Of a stretch of 64,000 nucleotides of DNA, positions 1 to 10,708 are shown piece by piece. The stretch spans positions 544,001-608,000 of the forward strand of contig CAVSHR010000005.1 in the NCBI GenBank assembly GCA_963727625.1, read 5' to 3'. Below the pieces are notes generated by a model. That model searched no databases. It had not been told where the DNA came from and was given only the letters and a program-made list of their open reading frames with translations. Position numbers and translations under genes: made by a program. The stretch comes from an uncultured delta proteobacterium (GTDB lineage: Bacteria; Desulfobacterota; Binatia; UBA9968). Every line of letters starts with the position of its first letter. Position 1 is the first letter of the stretch.

Positions 1-127
1 ATGCACTGGCGCTGCGCCATTTGTCGATGGTCGCATCGAAGCCGCCCGGCGCACACATCAAAATCGGCGTGCCGCTGCCGTGAGTTTCATAATAGGTTTC
101 AATTCCGTCAATCGTTGCCATGGGCAT
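1..127 (-). CDS. Alpha/beta hydrolase, N-terminal part (runs off the window edge; not in the ORF track)
   Basis: Manual translation from ATG at 127 (RBS AGGAG): MPMATIDGIETYYETHGSGTPILMCAPGGFDATIDKW..., the typical YYExxGxGxP start of alpha/beta hydrolases. Confidence 0.75.
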   Translation of the reverse strand, partial: MPMATIDGIETYYETHGSGTPILMCAPGGFDATIDKWRSASA

Positions 128-232
128 AGCGATTTCTCCTCTGATTTGCTGGACATCGAGAGTCGCGCCACATAAGATTTACCACGCCGAGAGCCCTTTA
201 GAAAAGTCGTATTGCCCTTGGAGGTTTTAGCC

Positions 233-1045
233 GTGAGCGACCGAGATACCCAAGAAAAGTTCAGTGAGCTCCTTGACGTGATGGCGCGGTTGCGCGGCGA
301 GACCGGCTGTCCGTGGGACAAAGAGCAAACCCATAGCTCGCTCAAGCCGTGCTTGCTCGAAGAGACTTACGAGCTGCTCGACGCTGTCGACAAAGACGAT
401 CCGAAGAAACTAAAAGAAGAACTGGGCGATGTGTTACTGCAAGTGGTTTTTCATTCTCAGATTGCTAGCGAAGTCGGCCGCTTCACCGCGAAAGACGTCA
501 TTGCCGAGCTCATTGACAAACTCGTGCGCCGCCATCCCTACGTCTTCGCCGGCGAACCACTGCCGGAAAGTACGGCCGCCGTCTTAAAGCAGCGCATGCA
601 GATCAAAACCAGCGAGCGCAAGGATGGCGAGGCAACCTCAGCGCTTGGCAACGTGCCCAAAGCCATGCCCGCATTGGCGCGGGCGCAGTCGATTTCGCGC
701 CGAGCAGCGCACCTCGGTTTCGAATGGCCCAATATCGATCCGGTCTGGGACAAGGTCGAAGAGGAGATGCGCGAGCTCAAAGAAGCAACGGCATCCGGTG
801 ATCGATCGCGAATCGGCGAGGAGCTCGGCGATCTGCTCTTTACACTCGTTAATATTGCGCGTTTCCTCCAAATTGAAGCCGAAGAAGTGCTGGCGCAAAC
901 GGTCGAGCGCTTTTCGCATCGCTTTTATCACATCGAGACAAGATTGGCGCAAGCCAACAAGAGTTTCGAGCAATCTTCTCTCGAAGAAATGGACCGATTT
1001 TGGGAAGAAGCGAAGGCCCTCGAAGCAGGGGGAAAATCCTCATGA
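233..1045 (+). CDS. mazG: Nucleoside triphosphate pyrophosphohydrolase MazG
   Basis: GCPWDKEQTH, EETYE, EELGDVL and second-domain EELGDLLF; GTG start at 233 follows GGAGG. Confidence 0.92.
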   Translation: MSDRDTQEKFSELLDVMARLRGETGCPWDKEQTHSSLKPCLLEETYELLDAVDKDDPKKLKEELGDVLLQVVFHSQIASEVGRFTAKDVIAELIDKLVRRHPYVFAGEPLPESTAAVLKQRMQIKTSERKDGEATSALGNVPKAMPALARAQSISRRAAHLGFEWPNIDPVWDKVEEEMRELKEATASGDRSRIGEELGDLLFTLVNIARFLQIEAEEVLAQTVERFSHRFYHIETRLAQANKSFEQSSLEEMDRFWEEAKALEAGGKSS

Positions 1046-2019
1046 GCTTAGCTCAATCTCGCATCGTTTTTCTCGACGCCGCGACCTACGGCGACGTGTC
1101 TCTAGGCCGTTTTACCGAAAATTGGCGATGCACCGTCCATCAAATAACCCATGCCGTAGAGACCGCACGGCGGCTTGCCGGTCACACCATCGCGGTCACC
1201 AACAAAGTGGCAATCGACGGCGCAGTGCTCAATTCACCCGAAGCCCGCGACCTGGAACTCATCGCCGTCGCGGCCACGGGCACGGATATCATCGACCACG
1301 CTGAAGCGGCAAGGCGCGGTGTTAAAGTCTGCAACGTACCCGGCTACGCGACTCAGTCGGTGGCGCAGTTTACCATGGCCTTAATTTTGGAATTGGCGAC
1401 ACAAACCGGAAGATATCTTGAGTCCGTGAAGGCAGGCGAGTGGCAGAAAAGCCCCGTGTTTTCTCTGCTCACTTTCCCTACGATTGAGCTCGGCGGGAAA
1501 AAGCTCGGTATCGTCGGCTACGGCAGCATCGGTCAAGCGGTCGCGCAGTTGGCGCGCGGCTTCGGTATGGAACTATTGGTAGCCACGCGGCCGGGCACCA
1601 CGGGTTCAATGCTACAGAACCGGATGCCGTTGGACCATCTGCTGCGCGAAGCCGATATCGTTTCGCTCCACTGCCCCCTCTCACCCGAGACTCGAAATCT
1701 CATCAACACGCGAAGCCTCGCGCTGATGAAACCAACGGCTTTTCTGATAAACACCGCGCGGGGCGCACTCGTCGACGAAGCCGCACTGATCGAGGCCCTG
1801 AAAAAAAAACGTATTGCCGCGGCCGCCCTCGATGTTATCAGGAAAGAGCCACCACCCGCGAATCATCCGATCATCCGGGCGGCACAGCAGCTCGATAATC
1901 TCATCGTTACGCCGCATACCGCCTGGTCAGCGCGTGAAACCCGCGAGCGGCTGCTCAGAGAAGTAGAAGAAAACATCTCGGCCTTCCTGCAAGGGAAGGA
2001 TAGAAATCGCGTCGCTTAG
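1042..2019 (+). CDS. D-2-hydroxyacid (glycerate/hydroxypyruvate-type) dehydrogenase
   Basis: GIVGYGSIG Rossmann motif, SLHCPL, INTARG, TPHTAW; ATGA overlap with mazG. Confidence 0.88.
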   Translation: MSLAQSRIVFLDAATYGDVSLGRFTENWRCTVHQITHAVETARRLAGHTIAVTNKVAIDGAVLNSPEARDLELIAVAATGTDIIDHAEAARRGVKVCNVPGYATQSVAQFTMALILELATQTGRYLESVKAGEWQKSPVFSLLTFPTIELGGKKLGIVGYGSIGQAVAQLARGFGMELLVATRPGTTGSMLQNRMPLDHLLREADIVSLHCPLSPETRNLINTRSLALMKPTAFLINTARGALVDEAALIEALKKKRIAAAALDVIRKEPPPANHPIIRAAQQLDNLIVTPHTAWSARETRERLLREVEENISAFLQGKDRNRVA

Positions 2020-2071
2020 ATTGCGGCCACCCTAGGCCCGCACATTCCGACGCTTCTATCTTGATTCTCGT

Positions 2072-2367
2072 TTAACAAAACGCCGGGGCCATCTTTTCGA
2101 TATGCTGGCGGGCCTCGGGTTTGATCGTCTGTACGGTGGCCAGAAAGTTGGGATGGGTCATTCCCGTGCCGAGATAGGTCCAGCACTTCCCCCTGAGCAC
2201 CGCCTCGGTCATCTGCTGGTGCTCGGTCTTGGAGAGCTTCTTTCTTATAGCCGTCACAAAGGCCTCCACGTCAAACTCCGCCTGCTGCTGTATCCCTTGT
2301 CTAGAAAGGCCCCAATCTTCCCGTATTCCTTGAAAGCCTGGTCGATCTCTTGCTCCGAAGCGTTTGG
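2072..2367 (-). pseudogene. C-terminal remnant of a probable ferritin-like/diiron-type hypothetical protein
   Basis: EIDQAFKEYGKIGAFLDKG / frameshift near 2295 / IQQQAEFDVEAF...WTYLGTGMTHPNFL...APAFC*; no start codon, begins directly after the stop of the upstream pseudogene. Confidence 0.55.
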
Positions 2368-3330
2368 CTAGCGTTTGCGCTCGTTACCGAGCGCCTTGAT
2401 CCTGGAGCTAAACGTGGTGGGTTTGATGCCTACGAACTGTGCCGCGCCGTTTTCTCCGGTGACTTTCCATTGGCAAGCTTTTAGGGCAGCGATCATGTTT
2501 TGGCGCTCAAGCACTTCAAGCTCTTTGGCCGTACGTACCCGGTGGTTGCCATTTTTTCCGCTCGATAGCACAGCAGCCATGGCAATTACGCTTTCGGGCA
2601 GCGCGCGGTCGAGATTGAGCCGCCCGTCGGGCGAGGTGATCACCACCCGTTCGATGACGTTTTGCAGCTCGCGCACGTTGCCCGGCCAGCTGTAAGCCCG
2701 GAGCCGGCGCAGACACTCTTGAGAGAGGGGCTTGAGGGTCCGCCCCATCCGCCGGGCAAACTTCTGCGCAAACGCGGTGGCGAGCGGGCCAATATCCTCG
2801 CGCCGTTCGCGCAGCGGCGGCAACTGAAACGGAAAGAAGTTCAAAGGGTATTAAAGATCTTCACGGAACTTGCCCTCGCGAGCGCCCCCTGCAAGTCGTG
2901 GTTGGTGGCGGCAATCACACGCACGTCGACCTTGCCGAGTCTGCGAACTCCCACCGGCTCGAATTCCCCTTCCTGGAGCACGCGCTGCAGTTTTGACTGC
3001 AGATCAAGCGACAGCTCACCGACCTCGTCGAGAAAGATATTCCCGCCGTGGGCCAGGGCGAAACGACCGTCGCGCTTTTTGGTGGCGCCTGTAAACGCGC
3101 CCTACTCATGGCCGAAAAACTCGCTCTCAATCAGGGTGGCGGGAATCGCCGCACAATTAACCTTGATCAGCGGCTTGGCGCTTCGCCGGCTAGCCAGATG
3201 AATCGCCCGGGCGATCAGCCCCTTCCCCGGTGCCGGTTTCGCCCAAAATCCGCACCGTGGCCTCGGTCTCAGCGACCTCTTTGACCTCGGCTAAAACTTT
3301 GAGGATCGCCTCGCCGCGGGCCGAGCAACC
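2368..3330 (-). pseudogene. Sigma-54-dependent activator (AAA+ and HTH, FhlA/NtrC-like), decayed
   Basis: [28 protein letters not shown] (TAG at 3102-3104), FLDEVGE, frameshift near 2880, TAA at 2851-2853, WPGNVRELQNVIER, HTH; no sensor domain or start. Confidence 0.9.
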
Positions 3331-3366
3331 ACCGGCGCAGTTCGTAGCAAAGCGAGCCGGTATCAA

Positions 3367-3792
3367 TCAAAACGGAATGTCGTCATCCAGCGGAGGCATG
3401 CCGGCGCTGCCGGCCGTTTCATCGGTGCCTCCGCTGTCCATCTCGGGCGCCACCCGCGTGCCGCCTCCCCCGCCAAGGAAGCGAATGCGCTGGGCGACGA
3501 TTTCGGTGACGTAACGCTTGGTGCCGGTTTTGTCGTCGTAACTGCGCGTCCGTATACTGCCTTCGACATAAATTTGCCGACCCTTTGCCAGGTACTGCCC
3601 ACAGGTTTCAGCTTGTTTGCCCCAGACCACGATGTTATGCCACTCGGTTCGTTCCTGCCGCTTGCCGTCGCGGTCGTTCCATTGTTCAGATGTTGCAATG
3701 GAAAAATTGGCCACCGCGTTGCCTGTTTGAGTGAACCTCACTTCGGGATCTTTGCCCAGATTGCCGATCAGAATCACTTTATTTACCGACAT
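3367..3792 (-). CDS. ssb: Single-stranded DNA-binding protein
   Basis: [17 protein letters not shown]...TEWH, C-terminal DDDIPF. Confidence 0.97.
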   Translation of the reverse strand: MSVNKVILIGNLGKDPEVRFTQTGNAVANFSIATSEQWNDRDGKRQERTEWHNIVVWGKQAETCGQYLAKGRQIYVEGSIRTRSYDDKTGTKRYVTEIVAQRIRFLGGGGGTRVAPEMDSGGTDETAGSAGMPPLDDDIPF

Positions 3793-3986
3793 CTCAGTCT
3801 CCAAGGTGCCGGAGCTCAGCGCTCCGGCGGGAAAGTATCGCCAACTTATCGCCGGCATGCCGCAGAGTCAATAATAATTAAAAGGCTGGACGCAAGCTTC
3901 CGTCGCATTGATTTTTCGTCGGCCAAGAACTAATATATTTCATCTAATTTCCATCCCTTGTGCAAAGCAAGTTTACAATTATCTTG

Positions 3987-4751
3987 ATGTTTTATCTTGC
4001 CCAGCTGCTAATCATACTTTTGATCACGGTGCCCCTGGCTATTTTGACGATTGGCTTGGGGCCTTTCGATCCCCACGGCAAGCGCGTCTATCGCATCAAT
4101 CAATTATGGGCCTGGCTTATTTTGCGCTTCGGCGGAATTTCTCTCAAGGTCTGCGGCTTGGGGAACATCGACCCGGCCCGGCAATATATTTTCATAGTCA
4201 ATCACCAAAGCAACATGGACATCCCCGTGCTGGTCCAGAGTCTGATTCGGTTTCAACTGCGTTGGATCGCCAAGAAAGAGCTTCTCTGGGTGCCGTTGTT
4301 TGGCTGGGCGATGTGGGCGACCAAGCATATCACCGTCGATCGCTTGGACCCTTTGGACGCGGTCAAGAGCTTGGAGCGCGCCAAGGAGCGACTTGCTGCC
4401 GGCCTATCGATCGCGATTTTTCCCGAGGGAACGCGCAGCTGCGACGGCAAATTGTTGCGATTCAAGAAAGGCGGCTTCTTGCTGGCGGTGCAGAGTCGCA
4501 CGCCGATCGTTCCGGTTGCTATCAAGGGCAGCGGCAACATTTTACCACCAGGTGGATGGAAGCTTCGCTCCGGCGTGATCGAGGTGTTCGTCGACAAACC
4601 TATTGCCGTCGACGGCTACCGCGTTGGGAAATTGCGGCCTCTTACCGAAGCGGCGCGTGAAATTATCGCGGGTCATCTGGACCAATCCGCGCCGGCAAAC
4701 AGTGAACCAACGCCAACCGGCGCCCAGCGGTTGGAAAAACGGAGCGCGTAA
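3987..4751 (+). CDS. plsC: 1-acyl-sn-glycerol-3-phosphate acyltransferase
   Basis: NHQSNMD (HxxxxD), FPEGTRS, FKKGGF, IVPV. Confidence 0.88.
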   Translation: MFYLAQLLIILLITVPLAILTIGLGPFDPHGKRVYRINQLWAWLILRFGGISLKVCGLGNIDPARQYIFIVNHQSNMDIPVLVQSLIRFQLRWIAKKELLWVPLFGWAMWATKHITVDRLDPLDAVKSLERAKERLAAGLSIAIFPEGTRSCDGKLLRFKKGGFLLAVQSRTPIVPVAIKGSGNILPPGGWKLRSGVIEVFVDKPIAVDGYRVGKLRPLTEAAREIIAGHLDQSAPANSEPTPTGAQRLEKRSA

Positions 4752-4757
4752 AAAACC

Positions 4758-6413
4758 ATGGATTCGCTCAAGATCATCCCCCTTGGCGGCTTAGGGGAGT
4801 TCGGACTCAACATGATGTTGATCGAGTACGGCGATGCCGCTATTGCCGTCGATTGCGGTCTCATGTTTCCCAGCGCGGACCTGCTCGGCATTGACCTAGT
4901 GATACCGGACGTGAGCTACCTGCTCGAACACCGCGACAAGCTCAAGGCCATCGTCCTAACCCACGCCCACGAAGATCACGTTGGTGCGCTCCCGTATGTC
5001 CTCGAGCATTTTGACGTGCCCATCTTCGGCACCCGACTCACGCTCGGGCTTTTAGCAAACAAATTGAGAGAACATGATATCGAGGACACAGTCGATATTC
5101 GCGAAATCACCGCCGGCGCACCCTGGGACATTGCACCGTTCCGCATCGAAGGCATTCGCGTTACCCATAGTTTGATGGATTGTCTGGCCTTGGCCATCGA
5201 AACGCCCATTGGCACCGTGATCCACACCGGCGATTTCAAAATTGACAACACGCCGATGGAAGGAGAGATGTTCGATTTCCAGCGCTTCGCCGCCTATGGT
5301 GAGAAGGGCGTTGTGCTGCTGTTGTCGGACTCGACCAATGTGGAGAAGTCGGGATATACACCGTCTGAACGCGAAGTCGGCAGCAATCTCGAACAAATCA
5401 TTCAGCATAGCAGCGGCAAAGTTCTAGTCTCGACATTTTCATCGAGCATCCCGAGAATCCAGCAGGTTATCGATATTTCCGAGCGCTGCGAGCGGCGCGT
5501 CGTGCTGAGCGGCCGAAGCATGATCCGCAACAGCCAGGTAGCGGCGGAGCTGGGCTACTTGCATCTGCCGCGCAGTTTCATGACCGAAAGCGAGCGCTGG
5601 CAGGACCTACCCATCGACCGGCTCACCTTTCTCACCACCGGCAGCCAGGGCGAACCGTTGTCGGTGCTGCACCGCGTGGCACTGGACGATCATAAAACGA
5701 TCAAAGTCCAAACTGGTGACACGGTAATCCTTTCGTCGAAATTTATTCCGGGCAACGAAAAGACAATTTCTAATTTAATCAATCATCTCTATCGCCGGGG
5801 TGCAGAGGTCCATTACGAGAAGGTCTCTGAGATCCATGTGTCCGGCCACGCCAGCCAGGAAGAGCTGAAGACCATGCTCCAACTCACCCGGCCGCGTTAC
5901 TTCGTGCCTATTCACGGTGAGTATCGTCATCTCGTGCGCCACCGGCGGCTCGCCCAAGACGTCGGCATACCGGCGGATAATTGCTTCATCCTCGAAGACG
6001 GCGATGTGCTAGAGCTAACCGCCAACAGCGCGCAGAAAACCCAGCCTATTCAAGTGGGGAAAGTTTTCGTCGACGGCAAGGGGGTCGGCGACGTTGGCGA
6101 TATCGTCATCCGCGACCGCCGCCATCTCTCGGAAGACGGCATGGTGCTTGCCGTCATAGCAATTCACCAGCAGTCCGGCGAAATCGTCGCGGGGCCGGAT
6201 CTAATATCGAGAGGCTTCATGAGCGCCGAAGAAAGCGAAGAGATCTTGGAGCACGCCAAGAAAGTCGTTCTCGACACATTCAACGGCATGAACCGCGAGA
6301 CGCGCACCGATCCGGCCGAGCTTAAGGAGGAAGTGCGCAAGGTACTGCGGCGCTTTTTTAGAAAGAAGCTGGAGCGCCACCCGGTCGTTCTGCCTTATAT
6401 CATCGAAACCTGA
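4758..6413 (+). CDS. rnj: Ribonuclease J
   Basis: LGGLGEFG, THAHEDHVGA metallo-beta-lactamase motif, TGSQGEP, HVSGHA. Confidence 0.96.
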   Translation: MDSLKIIPLGGLGEFGLNMMLIEYGDAAIAVDCGLMFPSADLLGIDLVIPDVSYLLEHRDKLKAIVLTHAHEDHVGALPYVLEHFDVPIFGTRLTLGLLANKLREHDIEDTVDIREITAGAPWDIAPFRIEGIRVTHSLMDCLALAIETPIGTVIHTGDFKIDNTPMEGEMFDFQRFAAYGEKGVVLLLSDSTNVEKSGYTPSEREVGSNLEQIIQHSSGKVLVSTFSSSIPRIQQVIDISERCERRVVLSGRSMIRNSQVAAELGYLHLPRSFMTESERWQDLPIDRLTFLTTGSQGEPLSVLHRVALDDHKTIKVQTGDTVILSSKFIPGNEKTISNLINHLYRRGAEVHYEKVSEIHVSGHASQEELKTMLQLTRPRYFVPIHGEYRHLVRHRRLAQDVGIPADNCFILEDGDVLELTANSAQKTQPIQVGKVFVDGKGVGDVGDIVIRDRRHLSEDGMVLAVIAIHQQSGEIVAGPDLISRGFMSAEESEEILEHAKKVVLDTFNGMNRETRTDPAELKEEVRKVLRRFFRKKLERHPVVLPYIIET

Positions 6414-6424
6414 GGAAACTCGTT

Positions 6425-8686
6425 ATGCCCGGTGCACCGGAAAAAGGACGGCTCCAACGGGAGATTTGGGCTGTGGTTCTCGGCCTAACCGCCTTGCTCA
6501 TCGCTCTGAGCCTAATTTCCTACAACGTCAACGATCGTTCGCTAAACACTCCGTCGGGCGCCATCGACACCCATAACTTGGGCGGTTTCGTCGGCGCTTT
6601 GCTAGCGGATTTGCTATTGCAGGGGCTGGGACTCGCTTCCTATCTATTGCCGATTTTTCTTTTCCTCACCGCCGCGCAGATGTTTCGCGCCAATTACCGG
6701 GGCATCGTCCTAAGCAAAGCCGTCGCTTACGTCATCGTACTCCTGAGTGTCGGCGTCATTCTCAGTGTTGCCATCGATTCAGAAAGCGCCCGTGACGCCG
6801 GTGGGATCATCGGCGGTTTCTTGGAAGAAAGCATTCTCCTGCCTCTCTTCGGCCCTCTGAGCTCAGTTTTGATCGCCTGTTTTACCTTGCTTCTTTCGGT
6901 CATGTTGCTGACGCAAAACTCCTTGCTCGACATCATCGGTTTCACCAGCAAGAACCTCGGCGAATTGCGCAAGTCCGTGCTCCCCGCCATCAATCACCGG
7001 CTGCGTGAATTCAAGGAAAAAAAAGAAAAGCGCAAGGGCGAAAATACCAAGAAAGAGAAAAAAGACTATGTACCGCCGCCGATTCTCCTAAAAGAGGAAA
7101 TTAGAGACGAGCTGACATTAAAAAAGTCACAGAAAAAGCCGGCCCAGCCGCCCGAGCAGTTTAAACTTCCAGAAGTGGGCGAGGGCTACAAACTGCCGCC
7201 GCTTGAAAAGCTGGATTGGCCGGGCGGTGAGCAATTCAAGGTGGATACCGACACCTTACAAGCTAACTCTCTCATTTTGCGGAAAAAGCTCGAGGATTTC
7301 GGCGTGGAAGGCGAAGTGGTTGCGGTACGTCCCGGGCCAGTCATCACGATGTATGAGTTCAAGCCCGCACCCGGTGTGAAAGTGCGGCGCATTGTCATGC
7401 TGGCCGACGACCTCGCGATGGCGCTGCGCGCGGTGAGCGTGCGCATCCTGGCGCCGATTCCCGGCGAATCCGTCGTCGGCATCGAAATCCCCAATCCGCG
7501 CCGTGAAACGGTTTATCTGCGCGAAGTGGTCGAAAGCGAAGCGTATCGCAACGCTGATTCCAAGCTGACGCTGGCGCTAGGCAAAGATATTGGCGGCACG
7601 CCGTTCGCTACGGACCTGGCCAAAATGCCGCATCTGCTCGTCGCCGGCGCCACGGGCACCGGAAAATCGGTTTCGATCAATGCGATGATTTTGAGCATCC
7701 TTTACAAATCGAGCCCCCAGGACGTCAAATTCATCATGGTCGATCCCAAAATGCTCGAGCTCACGGTCTACGAGGATATTCCCCACCTGCTGGTTCCGGT
7801 GGTGACCGATCCAAAGAAAGCCGCGGCGGCGCTTTTTTGGGCGATGGACGAAATGGACCGGCGCTATCGTCTAATGAGAGACAAGGGTGTGCGGAATATC
7901 GACAGTTATAACCGGACACTGGAACGGGAAAGCGGTAACCGGAAACCCGTAATCGACTTGACTGAAGCGGAGCCCTTCGAAGAGCCCGGTGCGATCGGCG
8001 GGCCCCTTTCCCAAGACAGTTCAATGGTTCATGAGAAGCTGCCGAAAATCGTCATCATCATCGACGAATTGGCGGATCTGATGATGACCGTCGGACGCGA
8101 CATCGAAGAATATATTACCCGATTGGCGCAAAAAGCCCGAGCCGCGGGCATTCATTTGATTCTCGCCACCCAGCGTCCCTCCGTGGACGTGATCACCGGC
8201 TTGATCAAGGCGAATTTTCCCGCCCGCATCTCATTTCAAGTCGCCTCACGGATCGATTCGCGGACGATCTTGGATTCCATGGGCAGCGAGAAACTCCTGG
8301 GCAACGGCGATTTGTTGTTTTTGCCTCCGGGCACCGCGCGATTGACTCGTGTGCACGGCGCCTTTGTCTCGGATCAAGAAGTCCGCCGGGTGATAGAATT
8401 CATCAAGCAGCAAGGCCGGCCGACTTACCGTCCGGAAGTACTTGAGGCAAAGAAAGAAACCGAGCTGGCCACGGCAGCCGAGGATGAGCACGACGAGATG
8501 TACGATCGAGCCGTCGCCATTGTTACGGAAACCAAGCAGGCGTCCATATCTATGATTCAGCGAAGACTACGGGTAGGATACAATCGAGCCGCGCGAATGA
8601 TCGAGCAGATGGAGCGCGAGGGCGTAGTCGGGCCGGCCGACGGCGCTAGACCGCGGGAAGTTTATGCGCCAAAAATCGAAGCTTAA
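6425..8686 (+). CDS. ftsK: DNA translocase FtsK
   Basis: N-terminal TM segments, GATGTGKS Walker A, IIIDELAD, ATQRPS, gamma domain RVGYNRAAR. Confidence 0.96.
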   Translation: MPGAPEKGRLQREIWAVVLGLTALLIALSLISYNVNDRSLNTPSGAIDTHNLGGFVGALLADLLLQGLGLASYLLPIFLFLTAAQMFRANYRGIVLSKAVAYVIVLLSVGVILSVAIDSESARDAGGIIGGFLEESILLPLFGPLSSVLIACFTLLLSVMLLTQNSLLDIIGFTSKNLGELRKSVLPAINHRLREFKEKKEKRKGENTKKEKKDYVPPPILLKEEIRDELTLKKSQKKPAQPPEQFKLPEVGEGYKLPPLEKLDWPGGEQFKVDTDTLQANSLILRKKLEDFGVEGEVVAVRPGPVITMYEFKPAPGVKVRRIVMLADDLAMALRAVSVRILAPIPGESVVGIEIPNPRRETVYLREVVESEAYRNADSKLTLALGKDIGGTPFATDLAKMPHLLVAGATGTGKSVSINAMILSILYKSSPQDVKFIMVDPKMLELTVYEDIPHLLVPVVTDPKKAAAALFWAMDEMDRRYRLMRDKGVRNIDSYNRTLERESGNRKPVIDLTEAEPFEEPGAIGGPLSQDSSMVHEKLPKIVIIIDELADLMMTVGRDIEEYITRLAQKARAAGIHLILATQRPSVDVITGLIKANFPARISFQVASRIDSRTILDSMGSEKLLGNGDLLFLPPGTARLTRVHGAFVSDQEVRRVIEFIKQQGRPTYRPEVLEAKKETELATAAEDEHDEMYDRAVAIVTETKQASISMIQRRLRVGYNRAARMIEQMEREGVVGPADGARPREVYAPKIEA

Positions 8687-9347
8687 ATCAGCCGCATTGC
8701 TCGGCTGCCTTTTGGCCGCGATCGCGGTGCTCGGCAGCTCCCAAAGGTGCGAGGCGGGGGAAAACAACGCGGCGGAAAACATCATCGACAGTTTGCAGAA
8801 AAACTACGACGCGACGGTGGATTTCGTCGCCGATTTCCGCCAGGAGACGGAACTCAAATCCCTCAATAGAAGCCTCAAAGCCTCTGGTAAGCTATATTTT
8901 AAACGGCCAGGCAAAATGCTCTGGCGCTACGCAGAACCCAAAGATCAGTTTGTGGTCGCCGACGGAAAATACCTTTACTTTTATCAACCGGATCAGAATC
9001 AAGTGATCAAAAGCCCGCTCAAGAATGCCTTTCGCGGTGATATTCCCTTGTCCTTCTTATTGGGACTGGGAAATCTCAAGAAAGATTTTACCGGGATGCT
9101 CAAGGCTAGCACAGAAAATCAGAACGTTCTGCGCCTCGATCCCAAGGGTGAAGCCGGGGGTTACAGCGAAATCCTGCTTGGTGTGAACAAAGCTTCGTCG
9201 GACATCGTTTGGGTGAGCGTGCGAGACGCGGTAGGTAATCTGACAACCTTGCGCTTTTCCAACATGCGCAAAGGAGTGGGGATAAAAGATTCCTTTTTCC
9301 AGGTGCAGATTCCCGACGGCGCCGACATCGTTGAATTGGGTCAATGA
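8664..9347 (+). CDS. lolA: Outer-membrane lipoprotein carrier LolA
   Basis: Signal peptide, ADFRQ, KRPGKMLWRY motif; ftsK-lolA synteny. Confidence 0.88.
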   Translation: MRQKSKLKSAALLGCLLAAIAVLGSSQRCEAGENNAAENIIDSLQKNYDATVDFVADFRQETELKSLNRSLKASGKLYFKRPGKMLWRYAEPKDQFVVADGKYLYFYQPDQNQVIKSPLKNAFRGDIPLSFLLGLGNLKKDFTGMLKASTENQNVLRLDPKGEAGGYSEILLGVNKASSDIVWVSVRDAVGNLTTLRFSNMRKGVGIKDSFFQVQIPDGADIVELGQ

Positions 9348-10708
9348 AACAAGTGAAACAAAAATTTAGCATTGTAAGTCTCGGTTGCGCGCGCAACTTG
9401 GTGGATTCCGAAGTCATGGCAGGGTTACTGCATCAGAATGGCTATCAGATGGTGGGGGACCCCGCCGATGCGGATGTTGTGCTGGTAAATACCTGCGGAT
9501 TTATCGGTCCGGCCAAGGAGGAGTCGATCGAGACCATTCTTGATGTCTCGCGCCTCAAGGAAGAAGGAAAGATTAAGAAAGTTGTCGTGGCCGGCTGTCT
9601 GTCGCAGCGTTATCCGGAAGATTTAGCCAGGGAGTTGCCCGAAGTCGATCTTTTCATCGGCACCGGCGAAGTACCCCGAATCGCCGAGATCCTGCGCGAG
9701 CTCGGCGCCGGTTCAAAGCGCCGCCAGTACGTCGGCGTCCCGAGCTACATCTACGATCACGATACTCCTCGGCTGCGCACGACCCCGTCCCACAGCGCCT
9801 TTCTCAAAGTCTCCGAAGGCTGCGACCACAAGTGCGCGTTTTGCATCATTCCCCAGCTGCGCGGTCCGCACCGCAGCCGGTCCATTAATTCAGTTATCAA
9901 AGAGACCCTATCGCTGGCGCAAAACGGCGTAAAGGAAATTAACCTCATCGCGCAGGATCTTACCGCCTATGGTCGCGACCGCAAAGACGGCACCACGCTG
10001 CATCGCTTGCTTGAAGCCATGGCGCAGGTCGGCACCATCCACTGGATCCGGCTCTTGTACGCCTATCCCAACTTTCTCGACCAGCCTCTGCTCGAAACGA
10101 TTCGCGACAACGACAAAATCTGCAAGTATTTCGACATTCCTTTTCAACACATCAGTCGATCGGTGCTACAGCGCATGCGCCGCGGTAAGAGTGGCAGCGC
10201 GGTTCGCGAGGCTGTAGAAAAACTCCGCGCGGCTATCCCCGGATTGACCCTGCGAACGTCTTTGGTCGTCGGTTTCCCCGGCGAGACGGGGGCCGATTTT
10301 AACGAACTGCTGGATTTTGTCGAAGAGACCGAGTTCGAGCGGCTCGGCGTCTTTAAGTATTCGACGGAAGAAGGAACGGCGGCAGCGCTGATGACGGGAA
10401 CAGTTGCGGAAGAAGAAAAAGAGCGTCGCTGGCAGGAAATCATGGACGTGCAATCGTCGATCTCGCGAAAAAAGAACGAGGCCTTGATTGGCAGCATTCA
10501 GCGGGTTATCATTGACGGCGTTGATTTGGACTCGGACAAAGTAATAGGCCGCACTCAGGCGCATGCACCGGAGGTCGACGGGGCTGTTTATATCGAAGGC
10601 CTTGAATCTCGCTGCGGATTAACCTGCGCACAAGCCGGCGAAATGACCGATGTTAAAATTATCGGCGCATCCGACTATGACCTGATTGGTGAGAAACTCC
10701 ATGGCTAA
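9344..10708 (+). CDS. rimO: Ribosomal protein S12 methylthiotransferase RimO
   Basis: SLGCARNLVDSE, NTCGFI, radical SAM CDHKCAFC, APEVDG in TRAM domain. Confidence 0.95.
   Translation: MKQVKQKFSIVSLGCARNLVDSEVMAGLLHQNGYQMVGDPADADVVLVNTCGFIGPAKEESIETILDVSRLKEEGKIKKVVVAGCLSQRYPEDLARELPEVDLFIGTGEVPRIAEILRELGAGSKRRQYVGVPSYIYDHDTPRLRTTPSHSAFLKVSEGCDHKCAFCIIPQLRGPHRSRSINSVIKETLSLAQNGVKEINLIAQDLTAYGRDRKDGTTLHRLLEAMAQVGTIHWIRLLYAYPNFLDQPLLETIRDNDKICKYFDIPFQHISRSVLQRMRRGKSGSAVREAVEKLRAAIPGLTLRTSLVVGFPGETGADFNELLDFVEETEFERLGVFKYSTEEGTAAALMTGTVAEEEKERRWQEIMDVQSSISRKKNEALIGSIQRVIIDGVDLDSDKVIGRTQAHAPEVDGAVYIEGLESRCGLTCAQAGEMTDVKIIGASDYDLIGEKLHG

Noticed and set aside
530-610. MazG substitutions (HPYVF; R at a usually conserved W)
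   Set aside because: Catalytic EExxE/EELGD motifs are intact; significance cannot be judged without an alignment.
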